Positions 26,201-41,200 of a stretch of DNA of 64,000 nucleotides are shown here, piece after piece. The DNA lies in NCBI RefSeq assembly GCF_009834535.1, contig NC_045697.1:120468001-120532000 (forward strand), in the 5' to 3' direction. Below the pieces are notes generated by a model, which ran no database searches, was not told the DNA's origin, and saw nothing but the letters and a program-made list of their open reading frames with translations. The position numbers and the translations under genes are program-made. Within the stretch, counting starts at the first letter, position 1, and every line of letters begins with the position of its first letter. Source of the DNA: Camelus ferus. Lineage: Eukaryota.

Positions 26201-29200
26201 GTTCGAAACATGGAATGTCACAGTGAGTGAAAGTGTACCGTACATGTCTCTTTGGTAGAACTCGCCCCAAGTATATTTATCCGCGCATTCTGCCTCATTT
26301 TCAAAACTGGCTTTAGGAAAACCTATGAAATCACCATAAATGTTTCTAGGTGTAAATATGCCTTGTTTGGTGGATGAAAGTTCTATAATCCACATGATCT
26401 CAACTCTATAATTAATGTTTGTCGAATCAATGATGCATGAAATGTGTTCGGAACACGGAATATTACTTTGAAGAAAACTATGTAAATTATATTTCTCTTT
26501 TGTAGAACTTGCGCAAAGTTAATTCTCCTGCACATTCTGCCTCATTTTCGAAACTGGCCTTAGGAAAAAGCTGCAAAATCAGATTAAATGTTTCTAGGTG
26601 TAAATATGCCTTGTAAGGTGATTGAAAGATCATTAAACCACATGCTCACAACTCAGTAATGAATGTTTTTTCGAATTCGTAATGCATGTAGTGTGTTTGG
26701 AAATCAGAATTTCACAGTGAGGGAAACTATGTTAATTAAATATCTGTTTGGTAGAACTGGCTCCAAGAGCATTTTTCTCTGCATTTTGCCTCATTGTGAA
26801 AACTGGCCTTAGGAAAAAGTTGAGAAATCAGAGTAAATGTTTCTAGGTGTGTATATGCCTTCTATGGTGGATGAAAGACCGTTAATCCACATGCTCATAA
26901 CTCAGTAATGAATGTTTGTCGAATCCGTGATTCATGTAACGTGTTCAGAACACGGAATGTTACGGTGAGGAAAACTAAGTAAGCTACATGTCTACTTTTT
27001 AGGACTTGCATCAAGATGATTTTTCTGAACATTCTGCCTCATTTTCGAAACTGGCCTTAAAAAAAAGCTGGGAAATCAGAGTAAATGTTTCTAAGTGTAA
27101 ATATGCCTTGTATGGTGAAGGAAAGTTCGGTTATCCACATGCTAAAAACTCTGTAATGAATGTTTTTCAAATCCGTGATGCATGTAACGTTTTTGGAACA
27201 TGGAATGTCACAGCAAGGGAATCTTTGTAAATTAAATATCTATTGTATAGAACATGTTCCAAGAGGATTTTTCTGTGCAATCTGCCTCATTTTCGAATCT
27301 GACCTTAGGAAATATTTGTGAAATTGGAGTAAATGTTCTTGGTGTAAATATGGCTTGTATGGTGGATGAACGTTCGGTAATCCACATGCTCACAACTCAG
27401 TAATTAATGTTTGTCAATCCGGGATGCTTGTAGCGTATTTAAAACACGGAATGTCACTGTGTGTGAAACTATGTAAATTACATATTCCTTGGGTAGAACT
27501 CGCTCCAAGAGTATTTTTCTGTGCATTCTGCCCCATTTTCGAAAGTGGCATTAGGAATACATGTGAAATCACCGTAAATGCTTCTAGGTGTAAATATGCC
27601 TTCTTCGGTGGATGAAAGTTCTTTTATCCAAATGCTCACAACACTGTAATGAATGTTTGTCGAATCTGTGATGCATATAGTGTGTTTGGAACAGGGAATG
27701 TTACGGTGAGCGAAACTATGTAAGTTCAATGTCTATTTTGTAGAACTCGCACCTAGAGGATTTTCTGTCTATTCTGCTTCATTTTCTAGACTGGGTTTAG
27801 GTAAAACCTGATAAATCAATGTAATTCTTTCTAGGTGAAATTATGCCTTTTATGGTGGATGAAAGTTCTGTAATCCTCATGCTCATAACTCAGTAATGAA
27901 TGTTTATCAAATCGGTAATGTATGTATTGTTTCCAGAATATGGAATCTCACGGTGAGTGAAAGTGTACCGTACGTGTCTACTGGGAACAACTCGCTCCAA
28001 GAGTATTTTTCAGTGCATTCTGCCTCATTTTATTAACTGGCCCTAGAAAAAAGAGGATAAATCAGAGAAAATTTTTCTAGGTGTAAATATGCCTTGTATG
28101 GTGGTTGAAAGATCGTTAATCCACATGTTCATATCTCAGTAATGAATGTTTGTCAAAATCGTGGTGCATGTAGCGTAATCGAAGCATGGGATATCACAGT
28201 GTGGGAAAGTATGTAAATTACATGTCTCTTGGTTAGAACTCGCTCCAAGAGGATTTTTCTGCGCATTCGGCAGCTTTTTCGAAACTGGCCTTGGTAAAAA
28301 CCTGCGAAATCACAGTAAAAGTATCTAGGTGTAAATATGCCTTGTATGGTGATTGAAAGATCGTTAATCCACATGCTCAGAATTCCGTAATGAATCTTTG
28401 TCGAATTCGTAAAGCATGTATTGTGTTCAGAACACGGAATGTCACGGTGAGGGAAAGTATGTAAATTATATATCTTTTGGTTAGGACTCGCTCCAACAGG
28501 ACTTTCTGTGCATTCTGCCTCATTTTGGAAACTGGCCTTAGGAAAAAGATGAGAAATCAGAGTAAATGTTTCTAGCTGTGTATAGGCCTTCTATGGTGGA
28601 TGAAAGACCGTTAATCCACATGCTCATAACTCAGTAATGAATGTTTGTCGAATCCGGGATGCATGTAGCGTTTTCGACACACGAACTGTCACGGTGAAGG
28701 AAACTATGTAAATGACATGTCTATTGGGTAGAAATAACTCCAAGAGTATTTTTCTGCACATTCAGCCTCATTTTCAAAACTGGCTTTAGGAAAATCCTGT
28801 GAAATCAGGGTAAAATATCTAGGTGTAAATATGCCCTGTATCGTGAATCAATGTCCGGTAATCCACATGCTCACAACACCCTAATCAATGCGTCGAATTC
28901 ATAATGCATGTAGAGTTTTCGGATCACGGGATGTCACAGTGTGGGAAATTATGTAAATTACATGCATCTTGGGTAGAACTCGCACCGAGAGTATTTTTCT
29001 CTGCATTCAGCCCCATTTTAGAAATTGGCTTTAGGAAAAGCTGCGAAATCACTGTAAAGAATTCTACGTGTAAAAATACATTGTATGGTGGATGAAAGTT
29101 CTGAAATCCACATGCTCACAACTCTGTAATGAATGTTTGTCGAATCTGTGATGCATATAGCGTGTTCAGATCATGGAATGTCACGGTGAGAAAAAGTGTA

Positions 29201-32200
29201 CCGTGCATGTCAATTGGGTAGAACTCGCTCCAAGTGTATTTTTCTGGGCATTCTGCCTCATTTTTGAAGCTGGCCTAAGACAAATGATGCAAAATAATTG
29301 TAAATGATTCTAGGTATAAATATGCCCTATATGGTGAATAAAAGATCATTAATCCACAAGCCCACAACTTAGTAATCAATGTTTGTCGAAACCGTATAAC
29401 ATGTAACGTGTTCGAAACATGGAATGTCACAGTGAGTGAAAGTGTACCGTACATGTCTCTTTGGTAGAACTCGCCCCAAGTATATTTATCCGCGCATTCT
29501 GCCTCATTTTCAAAACTGGCTTTAGGAAAACCTATGAAATCACCATAAATGTTTCTAGGTGTAAATATGCCTTGTTTGGTGGATGAAAGTTCTATAATCC
29601 ACATGATCTCAACTCTATAATTAATGTTTGTCGAATCAATGATGCATGAAATGTGTTCGGAACACGGAATATTACTTTGAAGAAAACTATGTAAATTATA
29701 TTTCTCTTTTGTAGAACTTGCGCAAAGTTAATTCTCCTGCACATTCTGCCTCATTTTCGAAACTGGCCTTAGGAAAAAGCTGCAAAATCAGATTAAATGT
29801 TTCTAGGTGTAAATATGCCTTGTAAGGTGATTGAAAGATCATTAAACCACATGCTCACAACTCAGTAATGAATGTTTTTTCGAATTCGTAATGCATGTAG
29901 TGTGTTTGGAAATCAGAATTTCACAGTGAGGGAAACTATGTTAATTAAATATCTGTTTGGTAGAACTGGCTCCAAGAGCATTTTTCTCTGCATTTTGCCT
30001 CATTGTGAAAACTGGCCTTAGGAAAAAGTTGAGAAATCAGAGTAAATGTTTCTAGGTGTGTATATGCCTTCTATGGTGGATGAAAGACCGTTAATCCACA
30101 TGCTCATAACTCAGTAATGAATGTTTGTCGAATCCGTGATTCATGTAACGTGTTCAGAACACGGAATGTTACGGTGAGGAAAACTAAGTAAGCTACATGT
30201 CTACTTTTTAGGACTTGCATCAAGATGATTTTTCTGAACATTCTGCCTCATTTTCGAAACTGGCCTAAAAAAAAAGCTGGGAAATCAGAGTAAATGTTTC
30301 TAAGTGTAAATATGCCTTGTATGGTGAAGGAAAGTTCGGTTATCCACATGCTAAAAACTCTGTAATGAATGTTTTTCAAATCCGTGATGCATGTAACGTT
30401 TTTGGAACATGGAATGTCACAGCAAGGGAATCTTTGTAAATTAAATATCTATTGTATAGAACATGTTCCAAGAGGATTTTTCTGTGCAATCTGCCTCATT
30501 TTCGAATCTGACCTTAGGAAATATTTGTGAAATTGGAGTAAATGTTCTTGGTGTAAATATGGCTTGTATGGTGGATGAACGTTCGGTAATCCACATGCTC
30601 ACAACTCAGTAATTAATGTTTGTCAATCCGGGATGCTTGTAGCGTATTTAAAACACGGAATGTCACTGTGTGTGAAACTATGTAAATTACATATTCCTTG
30701 GGTAGAACTCGCTCCAAGAGTATTTTTCTGTGCATTCTGCCCCATTTTCGAAAGTGGCATTAGGAATACATGTGAAATCACCGTAAATGCTTCTAGGTGT
30801 AAATATGCCTTCTTCGGTGGATGAAAGTTCTTTTATCCAAATGCTCACAACACTGTAATGAATGTTTGTCGAATCTGTGATGCATATAGTGTGTTTGGAA
30901 CAGGGAATGTTACGGTGAGCGAAACTATGTAAGTTCAATGTCTATTTTGTAGAACTCGCACCTAGAGGATTTTCTGTCTATTCTGCTTCATTTTCTAGAC
31001 TGGGTTTAGGTAAAACCTGATAAATCAATGTAATTCTTTCTAGGTGAAATTATGCCTTTTATGGTGGATGAAAGTTCTGTAATCCTCATGCTCATAACTC
31101 AGTAATGAATGTTTATCAAATCGGTAATGTATGTATTGTTTCCAGAATATGGAATCTCACGGTGAGTGAAAGTGTACCGTACGTGTCTACTGGGAACAAC
31201 TCGCTCCAAGAGTATTTTTCAGTGCATTCTGCCTCATTTTATTAACTGGCCCTAGAAAAAATGAGGATAATCAGAGAAAATTTTTCTAGGTGTAAATATG
31301 CCTTGTATGGTGGTTGAAAGATCGTTAATCCACATGTTCATATCTCAGTAATGAATGTTTGTCAAATCGTGGTGCATGTAGCGTAATCGAAGCATGGGAT
31401 ATCACAGTGTGGGAAAGTATGTAAATTACATGTCTCTTGGTTAGAACTCGCTCCAAGAGGATTTTTACTGCGCCATCAGTCAGCTTTTTCGAAACTGGGC
31501 CTTGGTAAAAAACCTGCGAAATCACAGTAAAAAGTATCTAGGTGTAATATGCTTGTATGGTGATTGAAAAGATCGTTATCCACATGCTCAATTCCGTAAT
31601 GAATCTTTGTCGAATTCGTAAAGGCATGTAGTGTGTTCAGAACACGGATGTCATGGTGAGGGAAGTAAATGTAAATTATATATCTTTTGGTTAGGAACTC
31701 TCTCCAACAGGACATTTCTGTTCATTCCGCCCTCATTTTGGAAACTGGCCTTAGGAAAAGATGAGAATCATAGTAAATGTTTCTATCTGTGTATAGCCTC
31801 TATGGTGGATTAAAGACCGTTATCCACAATGCTCATAACTCATAATGAATGTTTGTCGATTCGGGATCATGTAGCGTTTTCGACACATAACATGTTACTT
31901 TGAAGGATACTATGTAATGAGCATGTCTATTTTGGTAGAAATAATTCCAAGAGTATTTTTCTGGCACATTCACCCTTTCACGGCTTTAAGGAAATCCTGT
32001 GAAATCAGGGTAAAATATCTAGGTGTAAATATGCCCTGTATCGTGAATCAATGTCCGGTAATCCACATGCTCACAACACCCTAATCAATGCGTCGAATTC
32101 ATAATGCATGTAGAGTTTTCGGATCACGGGATGTCACAGTGTGGGAAATTATGTAAATTACATGCATCTTGGGTAGAACTCGCACCGAGAGTATTTTTCT

Positions 32201-35200
32201 CTGCATTCAGCCCCATTTTAGAAATTGGCTTTAGGAAAAGCTGCGAAATCACTGTAAAGAATTCTACGTGTAAAAATCCATTGTATGGTGGATGAAAGTT
32301 CTGAAATCCACATGCTCACAACTCTGTAATGAATGTTTGTCGAATCTGTGATGCATATAGCGTGTTCAGAACATGGAATGTCACGGTGAGAAAAAGTGTA
32401 CCGTGCATGTCAATTGGGTAGAACTCGCTCCAAGTGTATTTTTCTGGGCATTCTGCCTCATTTTTGAAGCTGGCCTAAGACAAATGATGCAAAATAATTG
32501 TAAATGATTCTAGGTATAAATATGCCCTATATGGTGAATAAAAGATCATTAATCCACAAGCCCACAACTTAGTAATCAATGTTTGTCGAAACCGTATAAC
32601 ATGTAACGTGTTCGAAACATGGAATGTCACAGTGAGTGAAAGTGTACCGTTACATGTCTCTTTGGTAGAACTCGCCCCAAGTATATTTATCCGCGCATTC
32701 TGCCTCATTTTCAAAACTGGCTTTAGGAAAACCTATGAAATCACCATAAATGTTTCTAGGTGTAAATATGCCTTGTTTGGTGGATGAAAGTTCTATAATC
32801 CACATGATCTCAACTCTATAATTAATGTTTGTCGAATCAATGATGCATGAAATGTGTTCGGAACACGGAATATTACTTTGAAGAAAACTATGTAAATTAC
32901 ATTTCTCTTTTGTAGAACTTGCGCAAAGTTAATTCTCCTGCACATTCTGCCTCATTTTCGAAACTGGCCTTAGGAAAAAGCTGCAAAATCAGATTAAATG
33001 TTTCTAGGTGTAAATATGCCTTGTAAGGTGATTGAAAGATCATTAAACCACATGCTCACAACTCAGTAATGAATGTTTTTTCGAATTCGTAATGCATGTA
33101 GTGTGTTTGGAAATCAGAATTTCACAGTGAGGGAAACTATGTTAATTAAATATCTGTTTGGTAGAACTGGCTCCAAGAGCATTTTTCTCTGCATTTTGCC
33201 TCATTGTGAAAACTGGCCTTAGGAAAAAGATTGAGAAATCAGAGTAAATGTTTCTAGGTGTGTATATGCCTTCTATGGTGGATGAAAGACCGTTAATCCA
33301 CATGCTCATAACTCAGTAATGAATGTTTGTCGAATCCGTGATTCATGTAACGTGTTCAGAACACGGAATGTACGGTGAGGAAAACTAAGTAAGCTACATG
33401 TCTACTTTTTAGGACTTGCATCAAGATGATTTTTCTGAACATTCTGCCTCATTTTCGAAACTGGCCTAAAAAAAAGCTGGGAAATCAGAGTAAATGTTTC
33501 TAAGTGTAAATATGCCTTGTATGGTGAAGGAAAGTTCGGTTATCCACATGCTAAAACTCTGTAATGAATGTTTTTCAAATCCGTGATGCATGTAACGTTT
33601 TTGGAACATGGAATGTCACAGCAAGGGAATCTTTGTAAATTAAATATCTATTGTATAGAACATGTTCCAAGAGGATTTTTCTGTGCAATCTGCCTCATTT
33701 TCGAATCTGACCTTAGGAAATATTTGTGAAATTGGAGTAAATGTTCTTGGTGTAAATATGGCTTGTATGGTGGATGAACGTTCGGTAATCCACATGCTCA
33801 CAACTCAGTAATTAATGTTTGTCAATCCGGGATGCTTGTAGCGTATTTAAAACACGGAATGTCACTGTGTGTGAAACTATGTAAATTACATATTCCTTGG
33901 GTAGAACTCGCTCCAAGAGTATTTTTCTGTGCATTCTGCCCCATTTTCGAAAGTGGCATTAGGAATACATGTGAAATCACCGTAAATGCTTCTAGGTGTA
34001 AATATGCCTTCTTCGGTGGATGAAAGTTCTTTTATCCAAATGCTCACAACACTGTAATGAATGTTTGTCGAATCTGTGATGCATATAGTGTGTTTGGAAC
34101 AGGGAATGTTACGGTGAGCGAAACTATGTAAGTTCAATGTCTATTTTGTAGAACTCGCACCTAGAGGATTTTCTGTCTATTCTGCTTCATTTTCTAGACT
34201 GGGTTTAGGTAAAACCTGATAAATCAATGTAATTCTTTCTAGGTGAAATTATGCCTTTTATGGTGGATGAAAGTTCTGTAATCCTCATGCTCATAACTCA
34301 GTAATGAATGTTTATCAAATCGGTAATGTATGTATTGTTTCCAGAATATGGAATCTCACGGTGAGTGAAAGTGTACCGTACGTGTCTACTGGGAACAACT
34401 CGCTCCAAGAGTATTTTTCAGTGCATTCTGCCTCATTTTATTAACTGGCCCTAGAAAAAAGAGGATAAATCAGAGAAAATTTTTCTAGGTGTAAATATGC
34501 CTTGTATGGTGGTTGAAAGATCGTTAATCCACATGTTCATATCTCAGTAATGAATGTTTGTCAAAATCGTGGTGCATGTAGCGTAATCGAAGCATGGGAT
34601 ATCACAGTGTGGGAAAGTATGTAAATTACATGTCTCTTGGTTAGAACTCGCTCCAAGAGGAGTTTTCTGCGCATTCGGCAGCTTTTTCGAAACTGGCCTT
34701 GGTAAAAACCTGCGAAATCACAGTAAAAGTATCTAGGTGTAAATATGCCTTGTATGGTGATTGAAAGATCGTTAATCTACATGCTCAGAACTCCGTAATG
34801 AATCTTTGTCGAATTCGTAAAGCATGTATTGTGTTCAGAACACGGAATGTCACGGTGAGGGAAAGTATGTAAATTATATCTCTTTTGGTTAGGGCTCGCT
34901 CCAACAGGACTTTTCTGTGCATTCTGCCTCATTTTGGAAGCTGGCCTTAGGAAAAAGTTGAGAAATCAGAGTAAATGTTTCTAGGTGTGTATATGCCTTC
35001 TATGGTGGATGAAAGACCGTTAATCCACATGCTCATAACTCAGTAATGAATGTTTGTCGAATCCGGGATGCATGTAGCGTTTTCGACACACGAACTGTCA
35101 CGGTGAAGGAAACTATGTAAATGACATGTCTATTGGGTAGAAATAACTCCAAGAGTATTTTTCTGCACATTCAGCCTCATTTTCAAAACTGGCTTTAGGA

Positions 35201-38200
35201 AAATCCTGTGAAATCAGGGTAAAATATCTAGGTGTAAATATGCCCTGTATCGTGAATCAATGTCCGGTAATCCACATGCTCACAACACCCTAATCAATGC
35301 GTCGAATTCATAATGCATGTAGAGTTTTCGGATCACGGGATGTCACAGTGTGGGAAATTATGTAAATTACATGCATCTTGGGTAGAACTCGCACCGAGAG
35401 TATTTTTCTCTGCATTCAGCCCCATTTTAGAAATTGGCTTTAGGAAAAGCTGCGAAATCACTGTAAAGAATTCTACGTGTAAAAATACATTGTATGGTGG
35501 ATGAAAGTTCTGAAATCCACATGCTCACAACTCTGTAATGAATGTTTGTCGAATCTGTGATGCATATAGCGTGTTCAGAATCATGGAATGTCACGGTGAG
35601 AAAAAGTGTACCGTGCATGTCAATTGGGTAGAACTCGCTCCAAGTGTATTTTTCTGGGCATTCTGCCTCATTTTTGAAGCTGGCCTAAGACAAATGATGC
35701 AAAATAATTGTAAATGATTCTAGGTATAAATATGCCCTATATGGTGAATAAAAGATCATTAATCCACAAGCCCACAACTTAGTAATCAATGTTTGTCGAA
35801 ACCGTATAACATGTAACGTGTTCGAAACATGGAATGTCACAGTGAGTGAAAGTGTACCGTACATGTCTCTTTGGTAGAACTCGCCCCAAGTATATTTATC
35901 CGCGCATTCTGCCTCATTTTCAAAACTGGCTTTAGGAAAACCTATGAAATCACCATAAATGTTTCTAGGTGTAAATATGCCTTGTTTGGTGGATGAAAGT
36001 TCTATAATCCACATGATCTCAACTCTATAATTAATGTTTGTCGAATCAATGATGCATGAAATGTGTTCGGAACACGGAATATTACTTTGAAGAAAACTAT
36101 GTAAATTATATTTCTCTTTTGTAGAACTTGCGCAAAGTTAATTCTCCTGCACATTCTGCCTCATTTTCGAAACTGGCCTTAGGAAAAAGCTGCAAAATCA
36201 GATTAAATGTTTCTAGGTGTAAATATGCCTTGTAAGGTGATTGAAAGATCATTAAACCACATGCTCACAACTCAGTAATGAATGTTTTTTCGAATTCGTA
36301 ATGCATGTAGTGTGTTTGGAAATCAGAATTTCACAGTGAGGGAAACTATGTTAATTAAATATCTGTTTGGTAGAACTGGCTCCAAGAGCATTTTTCTCTG
36401 CATTTTGCCTCATTGTGAAAACTGGCCTTAGGAAAAGATTGAGAAATCAGAGTAAATGTTTCTAGGTGTGTATATGCCTTCTATGGTGGATGAAAGACCG
36501 TTAATCCACATGCTCATAACTCAGTAATGAATGTTTGTCGAATCCGTGATTCATGTAACGTGTTCAGAACACGGAATGTTACGGTGAGGAAAACTAAGTA
36601 AGCTACATGTCTACTTTTTAGGACTTGCATCAAGATGATTTTTCTGAACATTCTGCCTCATTTTCGAAACTGGCCTAAAAAAAAAGCTGGGAAATCAGAG
36701 TAAATGTTTCTAAGTGTAAATATGCCTTGTATGGTGAAGGAAAGTTCGGTTATCCACATGCTAAAAACTCTGTAATGAATGTTTTTCAAATCCGTGATGC
36801 ATGTAACGTTTTTGGAACATGGAATGTCACAGCAAGGGAATCTTTGTAAATTAAATATCTATTGTATAGAACATGTTCCAAGAGGATTTTTCTGTGCAAT
36901 CTGCCCTCATTTTCGAATCTGACCTTAGGAAATATTTGTGAAATTGGAGTAAATGTTCTTGGTGTAAATATGGCTTGTATGGTGGATGAACGTTCGGTAA
37001 TCCACATGCTCACAACTCAGTAATTAATGTTTGTCAATCCGGGATGCTTGTAGCGTATTTAAAACACGGAATGTCACTGTGTGTGAAACTATGTAAATTA
37101 CATATCCTTGGGTAGAACTCGCTCCAAGAGTATTTTTCTGTGCATTCTGCCCCATTTTCGAAAGTGGCATTAGGAATACATGTGAAATCACCGTAAATGC
37201 TTCTAGGTGTAAATATGCCTTCTTCGGTGGATGAAAGTTCTTTTATCCAAATGCTCACAACACTGTAATGAATGTTTGTCGAATCTGTGATGCATATAGT
37301 GTGTTTGGAACAGGGAATGTTACGGTGAGCGAAACTATGTAAGTTCAATGTCTATTTTGTAGAACTCGCACCTAGAGGATTTCTGTCTATTCTGCTTCAT
37401 TTTCTAGACTGGGTTTAGGTAAAACCTGATAAATCAATGTAATTCTTTCTAGGTGAAATTATGCCTTTTATGGTGGATGAAAGTTCTGTAATCCTCATGC
37501 TCATAACTCAGTAATGAATGTTTATCAAATCGGTAATGTATGATTGTTTCCAGAATATGGAATCTCACGGTGAGTGAAAGTGTACCGTACGTGTCTATCT
37601 GGGAACAACTCGCTCCAAGAGTATTTTTCAGTGCATTCTGCCTCATTTTATTAACTGGCCCTAGAAAAAGAGGATAAATCAGAGAAAATTTTTCTAGGTG
37701 TAAATATGCCTTGTAATGGTGGTTGAAAGATCGTTAATCCACATGTTCATATCTCAGTAATGAATGTTTTGTCAAAATCGTGGTGCATGTAGCGTAATCG
37801 AAGCATGGGATATCACAGTGTGGGAAAGTATGTAAATTACATGTCTCTTGGTTAGAACTCGCTCCAAGAGGATTTTTCTGCGCATTCGGCAGCTTTTTTC
37901 GAAACTGGCCTTGGTAAAAACCTGCGAAATCACACTAAAAGTATCTAGGGTGTAAATATGCCTTGTATGGTGATTGAAGATCGTTAATCCACATGCTCAT
38001 AACTCAGTAATGAATGTTTGTCGAATCCGGGATTGCATGTAGCTGTTTTCGACACACGAACTGTCACGGTGAAGGAAAACTATGTAAATGACATGTCTAT
38101 TGGGTAGAAATAACTCCAAGAGTATTTTTCTGCACATTCAGCCTCATTTTCAAAACTGGCTTTAGGAAAATCCTGTGAAATCAGGGTAAAATATCTAGGT

Positions 38201-41200
38201 GTAAATATGCCCTTGTATCGTGAATCAATGTCCGGTTATCCACATGCTTCACAACACCCTAATCAATGCGTCGAATTCATAATGCATGTAGAGTTTTCGG
38301 ATCACGGGATGTCACAGTGTGGGAAATTATGTAAATTACATGCATCTTGGGTAGAACTCGCACCGAGAGTATTTTTCTCTGCATTCAGCCCCATTTAGAA
38401 ATGGCTTTAGGAAAAGCTGCGAAATCACTGTAAAGAATTCTACGTGTAAAAAATCCATTGTATGGTGGATGAAAGTTCTGAAATCCACATGCTCACAACT
38501 CTGTAATGAATGTTTGTCGAATCTGTGATGCATATAGCGTGTTCAGAACATGGAATGTCACGGTGAGAAAAAGTGTGCCGTGCATGTCAATTGGGTAGAA
38601 CTCGCTCCAAGTGTATTTTTCTGGGCATCTGCCTCATTTTTGAAGCTGGCCTAAGACAAATGATGCAAAATAATTGTAAATGATTCTAGGTATAAATATG
38701 CCCTATATGGTGAATAAAAGATCATTAATCCACAAGCCCACAACTTAGTAATCAATGTTTGTCGAAACCGTATAACATGTAACGTGTTCGAAACATGGAA
38801 TGTCACAGTGAGTGAAAGTGTACCGTACATGTCTCTTTGGTAGAACTCGCCCCAAGTATATTTATCCGCGCATTCTGCCTCATTTTCAAACTGGCTTTAG
38901 GAAAACCTATGAAATCACCATAAATGTTTCTAGGTGTAAATATGCCTTGTTTGGTGGATGGAAAGTTCTATAATCCACATGATCTCAACTCTATAATTAA
39001 TGTTTTGTCGAATCAATGAGCATGAAATGTGTTCGGAACACGGAATTTACTTTGAAGAAAACTATGTAAATTACATTTCTCTTTTGTAGAACTTGCGCAA
39101 AGGTAATTCTCCTGCACATTCTGCCTCATTTTCGAAACTGGCCTTAGGAAAAGCTGCAAATCAGATTAAAATGTTTCTAGGTGTAAATATGCCTTGTAAG
39201 GTGATTGAAAGATCATTAAACCACATGCTCACAACTCAGTAATGAATGTTTTTTCGAATTCGTAATGCATGTAGTGTGGTTTGGAAATCAGAATTCACAG
39301 TGAGGGAAACTATGTTAATTAAATATCTGTTTGGTAGAACTGGCTCCAAGAGCATTTTTCTCTGCATTTTGCCTCATTGTGAAAACTGGCCTTAGGAAAA
39401 AGTTGAGAAATCAGAGTAAATGTTTCTAGGTGTGTATATGCCTTCTATGGTGGATGAAAGACCGTTAATCCACATGCTCATAACTCAGTAATGAATGTTT
39501 GTCGAATCCGATTCATGTAACGTGTTCAGAACACGGAATGTTACGGTGAGGAAAACTAAGTAAGCTACATGTCTACTTTTTAGGACTTGCATCAAGATGA
39601 TTTTTCTGAACATTCTGCCTCATTTTCGAAACTGGCCTAAAAAAAAAGCTGGGAAATCAGAGTAAATGTTTCTAAGTGTAAATGCCTTGTATGGTGAAGG
39701 AAAGTTCGGTTATCCACATGCTAAAAACTCTGTAATGAATGTTTTTCAAATCCGTGATGCATGTAACGTTTTTGGAACATGGAATGTCACAGCAAGGGAA
39801 TCTTTGTAAATTAAATATCTATTGTATAGAACATGTTCCAAGAGGATTTTTCTGTGCAATCTGCCTCATTTTCGAATCTGACCTTAGGAAATATTTGTGA
39901 AATTGGAGTAAATGTTCTTGGTGTAAATATGGCTTGTATGGTGGATGAACGTTCGGTAATCCACATGCTCACAACTCAGTAATTAATGTTTGTCAATCCG
40001 GGATGCTTGTAGCGTATTTAAAACACGGAATGTCACTGTGTGTGAAACTATGTAAATTACATATTCCTTGGGTAGAACTCGCTCCAAGAGTATTTTTCTG
40101 TGCATTCTGCCCCATTTTCGAAAGTGGCATTAGGAATACATGTGAAATCACCGTAAATGCTTCTAGGTGTAAATATGCCTTCTTCGGTGGATGAAAGTTC
40201 TTTTATCCAAATGCTCACAACACTGTAATGAATGTTTGTCGAATCTGTGATGCATATAGTGTGTTTGGAACAGGGAATGTTACGGTGAGCGAAACTATGT
40301 AAGTTCAATGTCTATTTTGTAGAACTCGCACCTAGAGGATTTTCTGTCTATTCTGCTTCATTTTCTAGACTGGGTTTAGGTAAAACCTGATAAATCAATG
40401 TAATTCTTTCTAGGTGAAATTATGCCTTTTATGGTGGATGAAAGTTCTGTAATCCTCATGCTCATAACTCAGTAATGAATGTTTATCAAATCGGTAATGT
40501 ATGTATTGTTTCCAGAATATGGAATCTCACGGTGAGTGAAAGTGTACCGTACGTGTCTACTGGGAACAACTCGCTCCAAGAGTATTTTTCAGTGCATTCT
40601 GCCTCATTTTATTAACTGGCCCTAGAAAAAGAGGATAAATCAGAGAAAATTTTTCTAGGTGTAAATATGCCTTGTATGGTTGAAAGATTGTTAATCCACA
40701 TGTTCATATCTCAGTAATGAATGTTTGTCAAAATCGTGGTGCATGTAGCGTAATCGAAGCATGGGATATCACAGTGTGGGAAAGTATGTAAATTACATGT
40801 CTCTTGGTTAGAACTCGCTCCAAGAGGATTTTTCTGCGCATTCGGCAGCTTTTTCGAAACTGGCCTTGGTAAAAACCTGCGAAATCACACTAAAAGTATC
40901 TAGGTGTAAATATGCCTTGTATGGTGATTGAAAGATCGTTAATCCACATGCTCATAACTCAGTAATGAATGTTTGTCGAATTCGGGATGCATGTAGTGTT
41001 TTCGACACACGAACTGTCACGGTGAAGGAAACTATGTAAATGACATGTCTATTGGGTAGAAATAACTCCAAGAGTATTTTTCTGCACATTCAGCCTCATT
41101 TTCAAAACTGGCTTTAGGAAAATCCTGTGAAATCAGGGTAAAATATCTAGGTGTAAATATGCCCTGTATCGTGAATCAATGTCCGGTAATCCACATGTTC

